This document shows positions 13,629 to 25,510 of a DNA stretch of 64,000 bases, one piece after another (the first letter of the stretch is position 1; every line of letters starts with the position of its first letter). The stretch is from the human T2T-CHM13v2.0 reference genome, Homo sapiens. The position numbers and the translations under genes were made by a program. The stretch is taken from assembly GCF_009914755.1 (NCBI RefSeq), contig NC_060931.1. The stretch is one strand, 5' to 3'. The notes beneath the pieces were generated by a model. It was given only the letters and a program-made list of their open reading frames with translations, did no database searches and was not told the origin of the DNA.

Positions 13629-14223
13629 AGGATGCTGAGGGTGTGCACGGCCCTCCTTTTCTCCTGTATAGCAACAGCAGTGCTCTTCTCCTCACTCCTG
13701 GCTCCACGTTAAGCAGGAGAGGAAGCTGGGCAGGCCCAGAGGGCATGGTGTGTTAGCAGGGCTCGTGGTTCTCAACTTGGGCTGCCTGTGATTTCATCAA
13801 AGAAAGTCCAGTCGTTCGGCCAAACCTCCTCATCATCACTACCCTTTGACTAGTAATTTTGATGTTTTCATTCCTGCCTAGCTCCCAAGCCTGTTTCTCA
13901 ACTGTGGTTCAGAATCTAAGAGGCACGGAATTGAGTGATTTCCCCTTCAAATATAAATCCATACAACACGGGTCCCTGGGGGGCGGAGCGCGGTGATGAG
14001 GACCCCAGCCTGACACCCTCCATGCTCAGCTCTGTCTGAGGAGCTAAGGAAGGAGCTGGCAGCGCTGCGGCGACGCATCCCCAGAGGAGCAGCAGCCTCT
14101 GACAGCAACACCAAGTGCAGGAGCGGAGGGCGGGGGAAGTCACCTGCTGCCAGGGTTCCACCGTGGGGATGATAAGAGGGAACAGCATGCACCACTAAGT
14201 GTGGGAGTCAACGATAGGTAGGT
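13629..14223. promoter_or_regulatory. Small CpG/GC-rich promoter-like element, possibly bidirectional
   Basis: Strongest non-repeat CpG cluster in the window. TATAAA 13952-13957. GC boxes GGGCGG 13981-13986 and 14128-14133. Plus-strand donor TAG|GTAGGT at 14218. Minus-strand donor CCT|GTAAGT at 13628. Confidence 0.5.
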
Positions 14224-14355
14224 TTCCATAAATATTATCACTAAAATCATTCATATGTTTTGTTATTGTTAAGAGCTCTGACTATTGGTGATTTTCATTT
14301 TAGAGATTTTCTTACCTGAATTTTCTAAACTTTAGTCAGAAGACATAGTACTTAC

Positions 14356-14495
14356 AAAAGAAGAAGAAAGAAGAAGAAGAGGAAGAAGTAGAGGAAGAAG
14401 AGGAAGAAGTAGAGGAGGAAGAAGAAGAAGAAGGAGGAGGAGGACGAGGAGGAGGAGGAGGAGAAGGAGAAGGAGAAGGAGAAGGGAGAAAAGAA
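14356..14495. repeat. Polypurine (GAA)n/(GGA)n/(GGAGAA)n tract
   Basis: 140 nt with only three pyrimidines. Confidence 0.95.
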
Positions 14496-15069
14496 TTAAA
14501 AAGCATTGCTAAAATGATTGTTTTGTGTTTCCTTTTAATACTAGCACAACTTTAGTTTGTGTGACCCATCTCCAACTTTTTGTTTTAGCTTAATATCTTG
14601 CAATTAAACCAAATCACCATTTAGATGTTAAAAATGTTCAATATACTTGAAAACCTACTACCAGTCAGTAATATCCAAGGTAATATACTAGGTCTTTAAG
14701 TCATTTCAAATGTAGGTAAATTTCCTCTGTTTTACAAATGGACAATTAAATACTGAAAGACTTTTATACTAGTTATAATTCTCAGCTTCATTCTAATTTT
14801 TTGTAATTAATTTGTAATTATGTTTTGTACTCAAAACTATGGTCTAATTTATTCATGCTAAATTGGGATGGATTTTTTAAATGTTAAGGGTTTAGTATTA
14901 CGAATATTTTAACAATAATATAAACTCCACTTAACCAAAGTGCAGTATCATATTAGTGCATCATTCTCTTCTATTGTATATTTTTATTTCAATTTCTTAA
15001 CCAAAGAGTACAGGTTTTGGAATCTCAGGAACCAGACATAAACCTTAGATTTCTCTAACATAAGAGGGA

Positions 15070-15275
15070 TAAGCAGTAGCTTTGAAACCAGAAACATGGG
15101 ATTAAATCCAACATGTCGTTTCTTCAGCTGTGTTATTTGTCCTCTCAAAAGCCCGTTTTCCTTGTCTAGAAAATGGCAGCGACATTGCTTTCTTCATGAG
15201 ATTATTGTGAGGACAAAATGAGGTAATGGTTATAAATCCTCTTGCACTGTGACTGGCACACTAAAAATGCTAAAT
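15070..15275 (+). mobile_element. MIR
   Basis: Core gttttccttgtctagaaaatgg...gattattgtgaggacaaaatgaggtaatg. Confidence 0.7.
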
Positions 15276-16104
15276 TACTCTTGGTTCCTTTTCCTTCCCT
15301 TTAATCATACATACAAATAACTCAAGTTTATGTAGCTGAACCCCTACAGAATTCAGTCACCATCCATATGTCTCTGTGATCCTTGACTCATGAATAACCC
15401 ACCAACTGAAATTTCTCAATCCTCCATAATGAGTCCATCTAAATCAAGGATTGTATGTCAAAAATGATAGTACAACAGAAACATGCAATAAAGTTCTTTT
15501 TTCCTGGAAAAATGCATTTGACTTTTAGTCCCTAGAGTGAACCCCGCTACAGGTGGAAGTCAGCAGAGTGAATGATTTTCTCACAAGAATTCCCTTGTGT
15601 CTTCACTTGGCAAGCACTTTACAGAACACCTGCTGCCCAGATGCTGGGGCTGCAGATGACATGCTATCATCTATTTCCAGAATTAAATCAATATCCAAAA
15701 TATTCTGTCCCACTGAATGGTTGATGTAAAGGAGTCCACCCAGCTCTAGAATATTCAATGATAGAAGAATACAAAATCCTGGGACTTCTTCCCCCACTGA
15801 AGTATTTATCAACTCTGTGCTGCCTTAGGTCTAATGCTTGTGCCTTACAGTCATCCTTAGGAAGGTGTTTATACACCCATGTTTGCACACATGTACAAAG
15901 TTCCCAATGCCCACCTGAACCAGTCCCCTAAACAGCTGAATTTCAACTTTCTTTGTTTCTGGTTACGCACATTGAATGTTGGCTGTGAAAGAGCGTGTCC
16001 TTCCAGAATATCTAATTTGTAAACCCACCTATTGCAGAAGTAGCATCTACATCTTCCCTTACAGCTGGGCACTGGGCTGTCTGTGAATGGTAACGAGGCA
16101 AATG

Positions 16105-16222
16105 TTTAGTAGAAAAAGCATGGAATTGGCCAGATCTGGGCTCAGTTCCTGCCTTCATCACTTAATCAATGCTTTACATTGGATTCAAAAATTAACTGGT
16201 CTGAACTTCAGTTATTTACAAG
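16105..16222 (+). mobile_element. MIR fragment
   Basis: gtagaaaaagcatgga.ttgg..cagatctgggctcagttcctgcctt...ctgaacttcagtt. Confidence 0.5.
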
Positions 16223-17430
16223 GGACAGCAAAACCAGCCCCACAGAGTATTCTCACCATTTTCGCTTCCCTTTCACATATAGATCCCGTCTGTTTTTCTG
16301 TGACTTCTGCTCGCTGGTCTTTTCCATCCTGGTGACTCTCTCTCCTTACCATTATTTTTCTTCAGATAATCTCTCCTCCTTAGGCCAGCATGACCTAGCA
16401 TTTCTGTATCACTACAATCTTTTCAATCGGAAGAAACAAAAAAGTAACAACTATCTTAGATCAGAAGGGAGCTTTATCGGCTGAGTGATTGAGCAGTCTG
16501 GAGGTCTGCAGGCTTCCTGCCCTGTCTGCTGGAGGCCATAAGAGCTCCAGCTGTTTCCCTGCAATTCCTCCTGCCACCCACATGTGCTGCCTTTGTCCCA
16601 AGACAGAGGCTATCAGTAGTAACAGGGCTTCAAGCTTCACATCTGGGGGAAACTATATGTCTCTTCTCATAGCTATTATAAAAACATGTTCAACTTCACT
16701 GTGCGTGGATCATCTCAAGACACGAACCCTTCTCCTGACCCATCACTAAGGCTGGGGCCCATATTACCTGATTGGTCTAGGTTAGGTGGCGTCTCTCCTA
16801 AATGGCTGGTGGGTCTTCCCACCTAAGAACACGTGACTGGCATACACAGTGACGGGAATGGCATCAATTTGATGAAGGAAAATACAACTTCCTCTATATT
16901 CCCTCACCGGTCAAGTCTCCTCTTTCAACATTTCCTGGTTCTATCACTTTTATTCTGATGCTACATCCTTCTCACTCAGTGTCATCCCAGTGGACACCTG
17001 GAGAAAGTTCCACGGCAGGTCTGCTGCTAGATGACCAGTGACTGTGCTTCCAGAGAAGGCCACCCATCTGACTGCCCTGTAATGTTTAAAGAATTTGCTT
17101 AAGTTGTGGGGGGAAAAAAACCACAAGCCTCTTTATATGCCAGATATGAGTACGAACGACTTCTGACTGGTTCCAAAGTAAACCCATCTACAAAACTAGA
17201 CTTGCCACTGGTGAGATGACACTGCATTGTAAAAGAGAATACTTAAGGGGAAAAGTCCCATAACAGAGGAAACCTTAATTACACTATGTTTTATTACTCA
17301 CTTCATTACTTCCTACCAAAAAGGCATTCCAAATGCATAGTATTATGGAATTTACTAATGATTTAATTTAAATGGGTATGTTTTGATATAAAAGGCTCTT
17401 TACAGTATGATTATACTTATACAAAATGAA

Positions 17431-17814
<384 letters not shown>

Positions 17815-18278
17815 TTAGATTATAGCATATCCTGTCAACACATTCCATAGAGAGATTGTCACCTTATAATGAATATTCAGTCTATCAATGTGACTGTTTT
17901 ATATGAGTAATACCTGTTCTCTTTAGTTGTTTTCTTAAAATAAAATAAAAAATAAAACACCAATACCTAATCCCTCAAATATAGAAGATGGTACCTGTAA
18001 TATTAGTCCTGACTGTGATTGGTCAATACAGTGTTAGTTATCATCTCACACACTTTTAGAATGTTTTATTTAGCCCTATCAAGCCTGCACTATGTAAATA
18101 GTCCCGCAAAAAACTAGCAAACATGCTACATGTACACACAAGATAATGAATTTTAAAACTTCACAAATAAATACAAATACATCTCTATTTGAAAAACTAC
18201 CATTCTCATCAATGAATAGGGCCCTACCTAACAGAAACACCTACTACAGGATACCCGATAATTGTATTTTCTCCTCAG

Positions 18279-18404
18279 GAAAAACTGAAGCTAGGAGCAT
18301 CTTCCTGGCTAAATTCCCAGACATCTGATATTTTAGTTTTATTACAAACCTTGCCCATTTTAATCTGATTCTCTCTTCATGATACATGAGTCTCTTCTTG
18401 CAGG
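18279..18404 (+). ncRNA. Candidate non-coding exon (plus strand)
   Basis: Acceptor ttgtattttctcctcag|G and donor AGG|GTAAGT at 18405. Stops in all three frames. Confidence 0.35.
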
Positions 18405-18739
18405 GTAAGTTCATCTGAGAGCAGTTCTCTCATTTTAAATTAATCGGCTGCCTTCAATGTTATCCAGATTGAAGTGTTGATTGTGTACTATTTATCTTCT
18501 TAATAACAAAAAATTAATCTGCAAAGGAAATATCAAAGGAGATGATCTGCTCTCCACTGTGAGAGATGAAGTGGTCTGATGTTCTCACTGAGAGTCATAT
18601 TTAACTCCTTATATTTATTTCTGGGTGGTCATAATTTTATTTAAATTTGATTGCTTTCTAGACTTTATGTTTTTGACTTTATTCCCAGAACACCCATCAG
18701 ATTCACTCCAGGTCTCACTAAGACCAGAACAGCCCACAG

Positions 18740-18960
18740 TCAGGAGTACTGAAAAGCCCCTCCCAGTCTCCACTTTTAATCCAACCCCCAGCATCCTTTT
18801 TAGAGCCACAGATGTGACCTCCACACCAAAAGCAAATGTTGCAAAGAGATGCTCAGAGCTACAAAACACTCCTTCCTTCCCCACTGGTCAGTGCAACCCC
18901 TTCTTAACAGCCGCTTATTCTCTCATTTCTCACACCAACCACCTGCCCTCCTCCTTTTCT
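18740..18960 (+). mobile_element. L2 fragment
   Basis: ctcccagtctccact...ccagcatcc...gccacagatgtgacct...aaagcaaatgt...caaaacactcc...ttccccactg parallels the L2 3' region. Confidence 0.5.
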
Positions 18961-19261
18961 ACAGTGTAATATGGGAAGGCATTCTCATTCACAGATGCCA
19001 GATAGAGCAAGGGAGCATAGAGCTACCCACATATGGCTAAGAAATTAGATCAGATGTTCAGGATTCTACTTACCAAGAGGTCATGCCTGCATTTCATTGG
19101 AGAACAGCAATCTAGGGTTTCTCCTATGTTAGGATAAGAGACATAAAAAAAAAAACTATAAAATTCTGCTCAAAGGAATAAACAAAGATGACAATGGGGT
19201 CATGGTAGAAATGTTAACAGAGCCCTAGCACGAAGCCCTGGTCTACATATCATTCCTTAAA

Positions 19262-19372
19262 AAAATGATTCAGCCATTCAACTAGTGCCTGCCAAGTACT
19301 GACACCATGCCAAGTCCTAGGAGCCCGGCAGTGAACCACAATGTCCCAATCCTGCCCTCAGGTGACTTAGAG
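19262..19372 (-). mobile_element. L2 3' end
   Basis: cattcaa...gtgcctgcc...gccaagtcctagga....cagtgaac....cctgccctca. Confidence 0.55.
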
Positions 19373-19454
19373 AACATGATCCATGAGCCCAGCACTAATT
19401 CAGACTGTTAGAGAGGGCTTGTTAGACGCCAGACATTGCTCTGACTGATTTGTT

Positions 19455-19640
19455 AGTTCTTTTAATTCCCACAGAAATATTTTACGGAAGTTATTATTGC
19501 TGTCCTTATGTTACAAATGAAAAAAGATATGCGCAGAAAGTCTAAACAATTTGCTTCACAATGCACGGCCAGGAAGTTCTGGAGGCAGGATCTGTGCACA
19601 GGCATGAGTGGCCCCAGAATCCATGTTCTTGACCCTGCTA
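19455..19640 (-). mobile_element. MIR
   Basis: ttattattg...tacaaatgaaaaa...caatttgcttcacaat.cac.gccaggaagt..gaggcaggatctg. Confidence 0.6.
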
Positions 19641-21189
19641 TATCAGGGGTCTTTGCCATCCTCCACATTCCTGTTACAGTGCATCCTCACTAAACAAGAC
19701 ACGATCACGTTAGGGCTGAAAGTCAGGGAAGAAATTATCTTATCCAAAACTGTAGGTTTTGTGGAGACTGAAGCCCAGAGAGGGCTGATCACAGAATAGG
19801 CACTATGCGTCATGTCCCTATATTTCACACCACTGTCTGCATTAAAAACCAGCTACAGCAAAGGTGGTGTTTCATGCTGATTGAACCCCACAGCCTCTAG
19901 ATAGTAGAATGAATATGTCTGAAGAGACTTTCTGTATTTTAGAGTTTCTCTGTTTTTCTTTTTCTTTACCTTCTATGTCTCCTAATGCTTTGTCTATGCT
20001 CTTGTAGCCTTGGGTCTTGACAAGCGGCCACGACATAGCAGAAAGTATTTTACCAACAAACAATGTCCAAATCTCCTAAATGCAGGGTAATTTCTTCCCC
20101 TGTGTCCATCATGGATAAGTAAGTAGCTGGCTTTCTGGAGAACTCAAGAAGATTAGAATGTGCCCCAAGCCTTAGTTACCTCCTGAGTGCAGCTGGGAGC
20201 CTCCAACAGTGTGGAGCAGTGGAAGAGGAAAGTGAAGGTAGCATGTGACCCCAGCTCAGACCAAGCCAGAGGTGCACACACAAGGCTCTACTGCAGCAAA
20301 TGTTGGCTTTGTCATTTCCTTGGCCTGTATGTCCTCACTTTCACTTTACAACTGTGAGTAAAAGTGTGTGATCTCTAGAAGAGTGGACTATCTCCTAACA
20401 AGTGCCTGAAACTATAACTTTCATTGTTAGGAAGATTTAATCTGATGTTGGTTACTTAAGTGTTTTCAGTCGGTGAAAATGTATCACTTTTGATCTGTGC
20501 ACTTTCCTGTATTCCTGATATACCTTATAATATATATGAGATCTGAAATCACACAAACCTAAGCCTAAATTTTCAAGAATTCATTTCTACCTTTGATTCT
20601 GGGCAGATGTGCTTATCTGTTCTGGACTCTATTTATAAATAAGAAAAGTAGCAACCCCCAGAGCTCTCCTAGGAAAATAAGAGATTTTCACACATGCAAA
20701 AACACCTGGAACACAGCAGCACTTTTTGATAATTCTCATAAGGAAGGAACCTGAGTCTTCTTTACCTTTTTCCCAAATGCCCACAAAGGAAGATCTTAAA
20801 AAATGTTTTATTTGAATTACCAATTACATGATGAATTTGCTTATTTTTCTCAAAGAGATAAATCATTTGGTATAAAAATGACAAGAGAAGTTCACTAAGG
20901 ACAATACTGAATTTGAGAGCACAGATATTCCTCACGCAACGCAGTGGTAGACAAGAGTCACTAACTTAATAGTCTATTCTCCTATTGATGTTGAGCCACA
21001 AAGTCCTGCTGAGTTTGTTAACATAGTCCTTCAAGACCTGGCTGTAAATGGGCCTTCTCAGGCCAGCAGACATGGCATGAGACAATGAGTATTTATGTCT
21101 GTAATTACCTGATTTGAATAACTAATTGCCCCCTGTTGCTTGTGTGGCTTGGGCTGTGCCAGTTGTCTAGATATGGGGCTGAGAGCCAA

Positions 21190-21390
21190 CAACAGACTAA
21201 TGCAAACTCCCTCTCTGCAGTTCATTTGCTGAATGGCTTAAATAAATCACTTAGTGCCTCCACATCTCAATTTCCTACTCTCTATAACCGTGGCAATGGT
21301 TTATACTTGTTTACCAATTAGCTGACTTAGTTAATAAATTTAAATTGCCTTGTAGATAGGTAATATCGAGTGCAAGTAAGTATTAATTAT
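21190..21390 (+). mobile_element. MIR
   Basis: caaactccctctctgca.ttcatttgctgaatggctt...aaatcactta..gcctc.acatctcaatttcct. Confidence 0.5.
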
Positions 21391-22649
21391 TGTGATTTGT
21401 GAACACTTCTCAAGTAGTGAGTCTTATATGCAAATGAGGCAATAAGTAGCCTAATTTGGTAAAAAGAGAAATAAATGCTAAGTAGAAGTTGTGTCAGCAA
21501 CTGCAAATGTTTACATGAAAGCAGAAAGGAAGAATTAGAAGACTCATTGGTGGGAAATTGTCTTTGGGCTGCCAAATTAATCTGTTGCTTATGGAGTCTA
21601 AAATGGATTGTGAGAGTGAACAAGTTGGTGAGAGACCTCGGGACAGCTTCCATCCCTGGGGAGAACAAGTAGAAGTCTACACAATTGGACCTGGGCGGCC
21701 CCAGGGTTTCTAAGGCCTTCCTTGACAGTAATGAAATACCGTGTTCGGTATTCCCGGATTGAATATGTGTTGTGAATCACATCCTCTGCTGGATGATTGG
21801 TGGCAGGAGTGAGACTAAGAGCAAGTGCTGATGAGTTATTTTCAGCCTTTGTGGAATTTGTAATCTAAGAGAAGAGAATCTACACACACAAGCAATTAAG
21901 TAGCTATAATAGACACATGGATAAGCAACTAGAGTTAGGAGAAAGCAGGAGGTGATGTCTGAGCTGGGTCCTGGATAATTAAGTTGACATTAGCCAGGGA
22001 GAAGTGGGGAAAGGGATGGTGGGGGCAGAGCCCATAGCGTGGCCTTTGGAGCAATGGGCTGGCAGGTCATTCTGGCCACTCTATTGAAGACAGAAAGCAC
22101 AGGATGAGAGACAGGCAGCCAGGCAGGAGACGATGGCAGGAGAGGTGGGGATGTAGCCTGGGGAAGGCTCTGATACCAACCTGTTAGTGCACTATCTCCT
22201 GGAAAACCAGAACCTACACAAATGAGGGAATTGGAAGTCGCTTCTCTTAGTCACTGAAATTTCTCTTTTCAGTGGACCCTAAGAAAAGAAAAGCCATGAC
22301 AAAGTAAAAAGAATATAAACATGTCAGGTGTATGCTATTAGATGTACAAGTCTAAGGAAGCCAAATACCTTGATTGCCTTACATAGCGAATATTCACTTT
22401 TGCAAGTATCTGTAGGGGGATATAATCATTCACTCATTTCTTCACCTGCCCACCTGACAAACAGACCAAAAACCTAGGATCCTTCACTAGTTATTTGTCA
22501 TTAGGGGACTCCTAGGAAATGAACCCTTTTCTTGTCTGAGGAGCCTCTCATTGTTTGCCCTTGGCAGAGGCAGTTCCCCACCTTTTCCTAAGGAAGCCAT
22601 CAGAGAGCAGATCATCCCTCCCACATTAAGCAGCCAGGAGATGGGAGGT

Positions 22650-22958
22650 AACCTGGGCCCAGTCACCATCTCACTCCAGACATAGCCAAGACTATGAACA
22701 CAGGGGTAGGGGAGTGAGGCAGAGGCCCAGGGCAGGTGGAGATTCTAGGGAGTGGCTGCAGAGCATAAATGGTGTGGTCATGCCAGTGGTGCCATCCCAG
22801 CCAGGCACTACCTCAGCTGCCTGACTTCCCGGGTTCTAGTCCTGGCCATTCTCCCAGCCTGGACCACAACACCTCAAGAGGACCCTGAAAACTCCCAATA
22901 CCTACTGAATACATGTATTTTCTGTTTCAATTTACAACCAAGAACACTGACTACACTA
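22650..22958 (+). mobile_element. Old ERVL/MaLR LTR fragment
   Basis: Ends ttctgtttcaatttacaaccaagaacactgactacac, like ancient ERVL/MaLR LTR termini. Confidence 0.4.
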
Positions 22959-23219
22959 CACACCTTTCCATCCTGAACCTGGAGGTGTCTGGGATAGATC
23001 TGCCCTGTCGCTCCATTGTGTTCTCTTGATTCCAGCCCTACAATTAATGTCCCGCACTGTCCTGGAGTTTACCCAGTGCCAGACTGGTGGGGTGCTATGA
23101 AGCACTCCTAAGTTTCAACAGAACAGAAGGGAAACTGAAAGTTGCCCAATAATTGTTATGATTATTTTTTTCTATATTTATACCCCATGGCCCAAGTAAG
23201 AAAGAGAAAGAAAAATGAA

Positions 23220-23261
23220 CAACCATTTATTTATCTCCTTCTATGTTCAGGGCCTTGTGCA

Positions 23262-23293
<32 letters not shown>

Positions 23294-23480
23294 TGTGTGT
23301 ATCCCCTTTACATACATTATCTCATCTAATCATTCTCTTTGTAAGAAAAGTATTATTATTTATGTTTACAGAAAAAGAAACTGAGGCTCAGAAAATGTCA
23401 GGTGATTTGCAAACAACATAGAATCAAGAATATATGTGCCTAACTTCCAAACCCTACTCTATTTCACCAAGCCACAGTTA
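23220..23480 (-). mobile_element. MIR containing (TG)n at 23263-23300
   Basis: catacattatctcatctaatc...tttacagaaaaagaaactgaggctcaga. Confidence 0.75.
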
Positions 23481-23574
23481 AACTAGAGTCAGGGAATTTT
23501 AGTAACCTGTGATAAATGCCATTTAACAGCGTATGAAAAAGGCAGGGCAGGATGACAAATGTTGAATTAAGAAG

Positions 23575-23937
23575 ACAAGTGTTTGAATAGACATTTCTCC
23601 AAAAGATATACAAATGGCCAATAAGCACCTAAAAAGATATTCATCCTCATTAGACATTGAGATGATGCAAATCAAAGCCTCAATGAGATCGCACCTCATC
23701 CCTACTAGAATGACTAAAGTAGATAAACAGAAAAACAAGGGTTAGCAAGGATGTGGACAAACTGGTATTCAATGCTTTGCTAGAAGAAAAATAAAATACT
23801 TTTACCGAGTAATGAAAATGTTCTAAAATTAGATTATGGTGATGATTTCACAATTTTGTATCAATAGTATCATACACTTTACACAGGTGAACTTTACAGT
23901 GTATAAATTGTATCTAAATAAAGCTGTGCAAAAAAAG
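23575..23937 (+). mobile_element. L1MB/L1ME 3' fragments
   Basis: gaatagacatttctccaaaagatatacaaatggccaataagcac... and gaaaatgttctaaaattagattatggtgatg...aataaagctg. Confidence 0.8.
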
Positions 23938-24099
23938 GAATGCTATTAATTTAATTGATAATTATACCATCTGACGTATTTCCTACTCAACTCTTTAAAG
24001 TTTGTTTTATAACTGACTTTCTTTATAGCTGACCAACCTGAGGTTACAAAGTTAAGTGACTTCCTCAAGGTAACATAGTGAATGAAAAATATTTAATTT

Positions 24100-25510
24100 T
24101 GAGAGGTGACAGCGTGCTGGCAGCCCTCACAGCCCTCGCTCGCTCTAGGTGCCTCCTCTGCCTGGGCTCCCACTTTGATGGCACTTGAGGAGCCCTTCAG
24201 CCTGCCGCTGCACTGTGGGAGCCCCTTCCTGGGCTGGCCGCGGCCAGAGCTGGCTCCCTCAGCTTGTGGGTAGGTGTGGAGGGAGAGGTGCTGGCGGGAA
24301 CCGGGGCTGCGGGTGGGGCTTGCGGGCCAGCATGAGTTCTGGGTGGCTGTGGGCTCCACGGGCCCGCACTTGGAGCGGCCGGCCAGCTCTGCCGGCCCCA
24401 GGCAATGAGGGGCTTAGCAACCGGGCCAGTGGCTGCAGAGGGTGTGCTGGGTCCCCCAGCAGTGCTGGCCGACCAGCACTGCGCTAGATGTCTCGCTGGG
24501 CCTTAGCTGCCTTCCCGCGGGGCAGGGCTCAGGACCTGCAGCCCACCATGCCTGAGCCTCCCCCACCCTCCGTGGGCTCCTGTGCTGCCCCAGCCTCCCC
24601 AATGAGTGCCGCCCCCTGCTCCACGGTGCCCAGTCCCATCGACCACCCACCCAAGGGCTGAGGAGTGCGGGTGCACAGCGCGGGACTGGCAGGCAGCTCC
24701 ACCTGCAGCCCCAGTGTGGGATCCACTGGGTGAAGCCAGCTGGGCTCCTGAGTCTGGTGGGGACTTGGAGAACCTTTATGTCTAGCTAAGGGATTGTAAA
24801 TACACCAATGGGCACTATGTATCTAGCTCAAGGTTTGTGAACACACCAATCAGCACCCTGTGTCTAGCTCAGGGTTTGTGAATGCACAAATCCACACTGT
24901 ATCTAGCTACTCTGGTGGGGACTTGGAGAACCTTTGTGTGGACACTCTGTATCTAGCTACTCTGGTGGGGACTTGGAGAACCTTTGTGTGGACACTCTGT
25001 ATCTAGCTACTGTAGTGGGGATGTGGAGAACCTTTGTGTCCAGCTCAGGGATTGTAAACGCACCAATCAGTGCCCTGTCAAAACAGACCACTCGGCTCTC
25101 TGTAAAATGGACCAATCAGCAGGATGAGGGTGGGGCCAGATAAGAGAATAAAAGCAGGCTGCCCGAGCTAGCAGTGGCAACCCCCTCGGATCCCCTTCCG
25201 CACTGTGGAAGCTTTGTTCTTTCGCTCTTTGCAAAAAGTCTTGCTGCTGTCACTCTTTGGGTCCACACTGCCTTTATGAGCTGTAACACTCACCGTGAAG
25301 GTCTGCAGCTTCACTCCTGAGCCAGCCAGACCACAAACCCACCAGAAGGAAGAAACTCGGAACACATCCGAACATCAGAAGGAACAAACTCCGGACACGC
25401 CACCTTTAAGAACTGTAACACTCACCGCGAGGGTTGGCGGCTTCATTCTTGAAGTCAGTGAGACCAAGAACCCACCACTTGAGACCAAGAACCCACCAAT
25501 TCCGGACACA
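24100..25510 (+). mobile_element. ERV9 solo LTR (LTR12C-like)
   Basis: Starts TGAGAGGTGACAGCGTGCTGGCAGCCCTC, ends ATTCCGGACACA. 4-bp TSD ATTT (24096-24099, 25511-25514). U3 tandem repeats, CCAAT boxes at 24805, 24846, 25063, 25112, TATA-like AATAAAA 25147-25153. Confidence 0.97.

Noticed and set aside
13916-14195. Two minus-strand ORFs (82 and 90 aa) over the CpG cluster
   Set aside because: Non-ATG starts, no recognisable homology, expected in GC-rich sequence.
15603-16072. Three overlapping minus-strand ORFs, possible processed pseudogene
   Set aside because: No recognisable protein in any frame, and no poly(A) or TSD.
18400-18445. Possible hAT transposase motif (SSSESS.SH.KLI, similar to ERSFSKLKLI)
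   Set aside because: Needs a frameshift and is too short to support. A Dfam search of 17940-18600 would decide.
18625-18969. 114-aa Ser/Thr/Pro-rich ORF with exon-like borders, resembling a mucin-like stalk exon
   Set aside because: The DNA parallels the L2 3' region, the donor (GTCAGT) is weak, and no partner coding exons were found.
21735-21753. 7-bp stem hairpin AATACCG/CGGTATT
   Set aside because: Expected by chance in 64 kb, with no RNA-gene context.
24750-25040. Regular repeats that could be mistaken for a CRISPR array
   Set aside because: Head-to-tail LTR12 U3 repeats with no unique spacers, in primate DNA.
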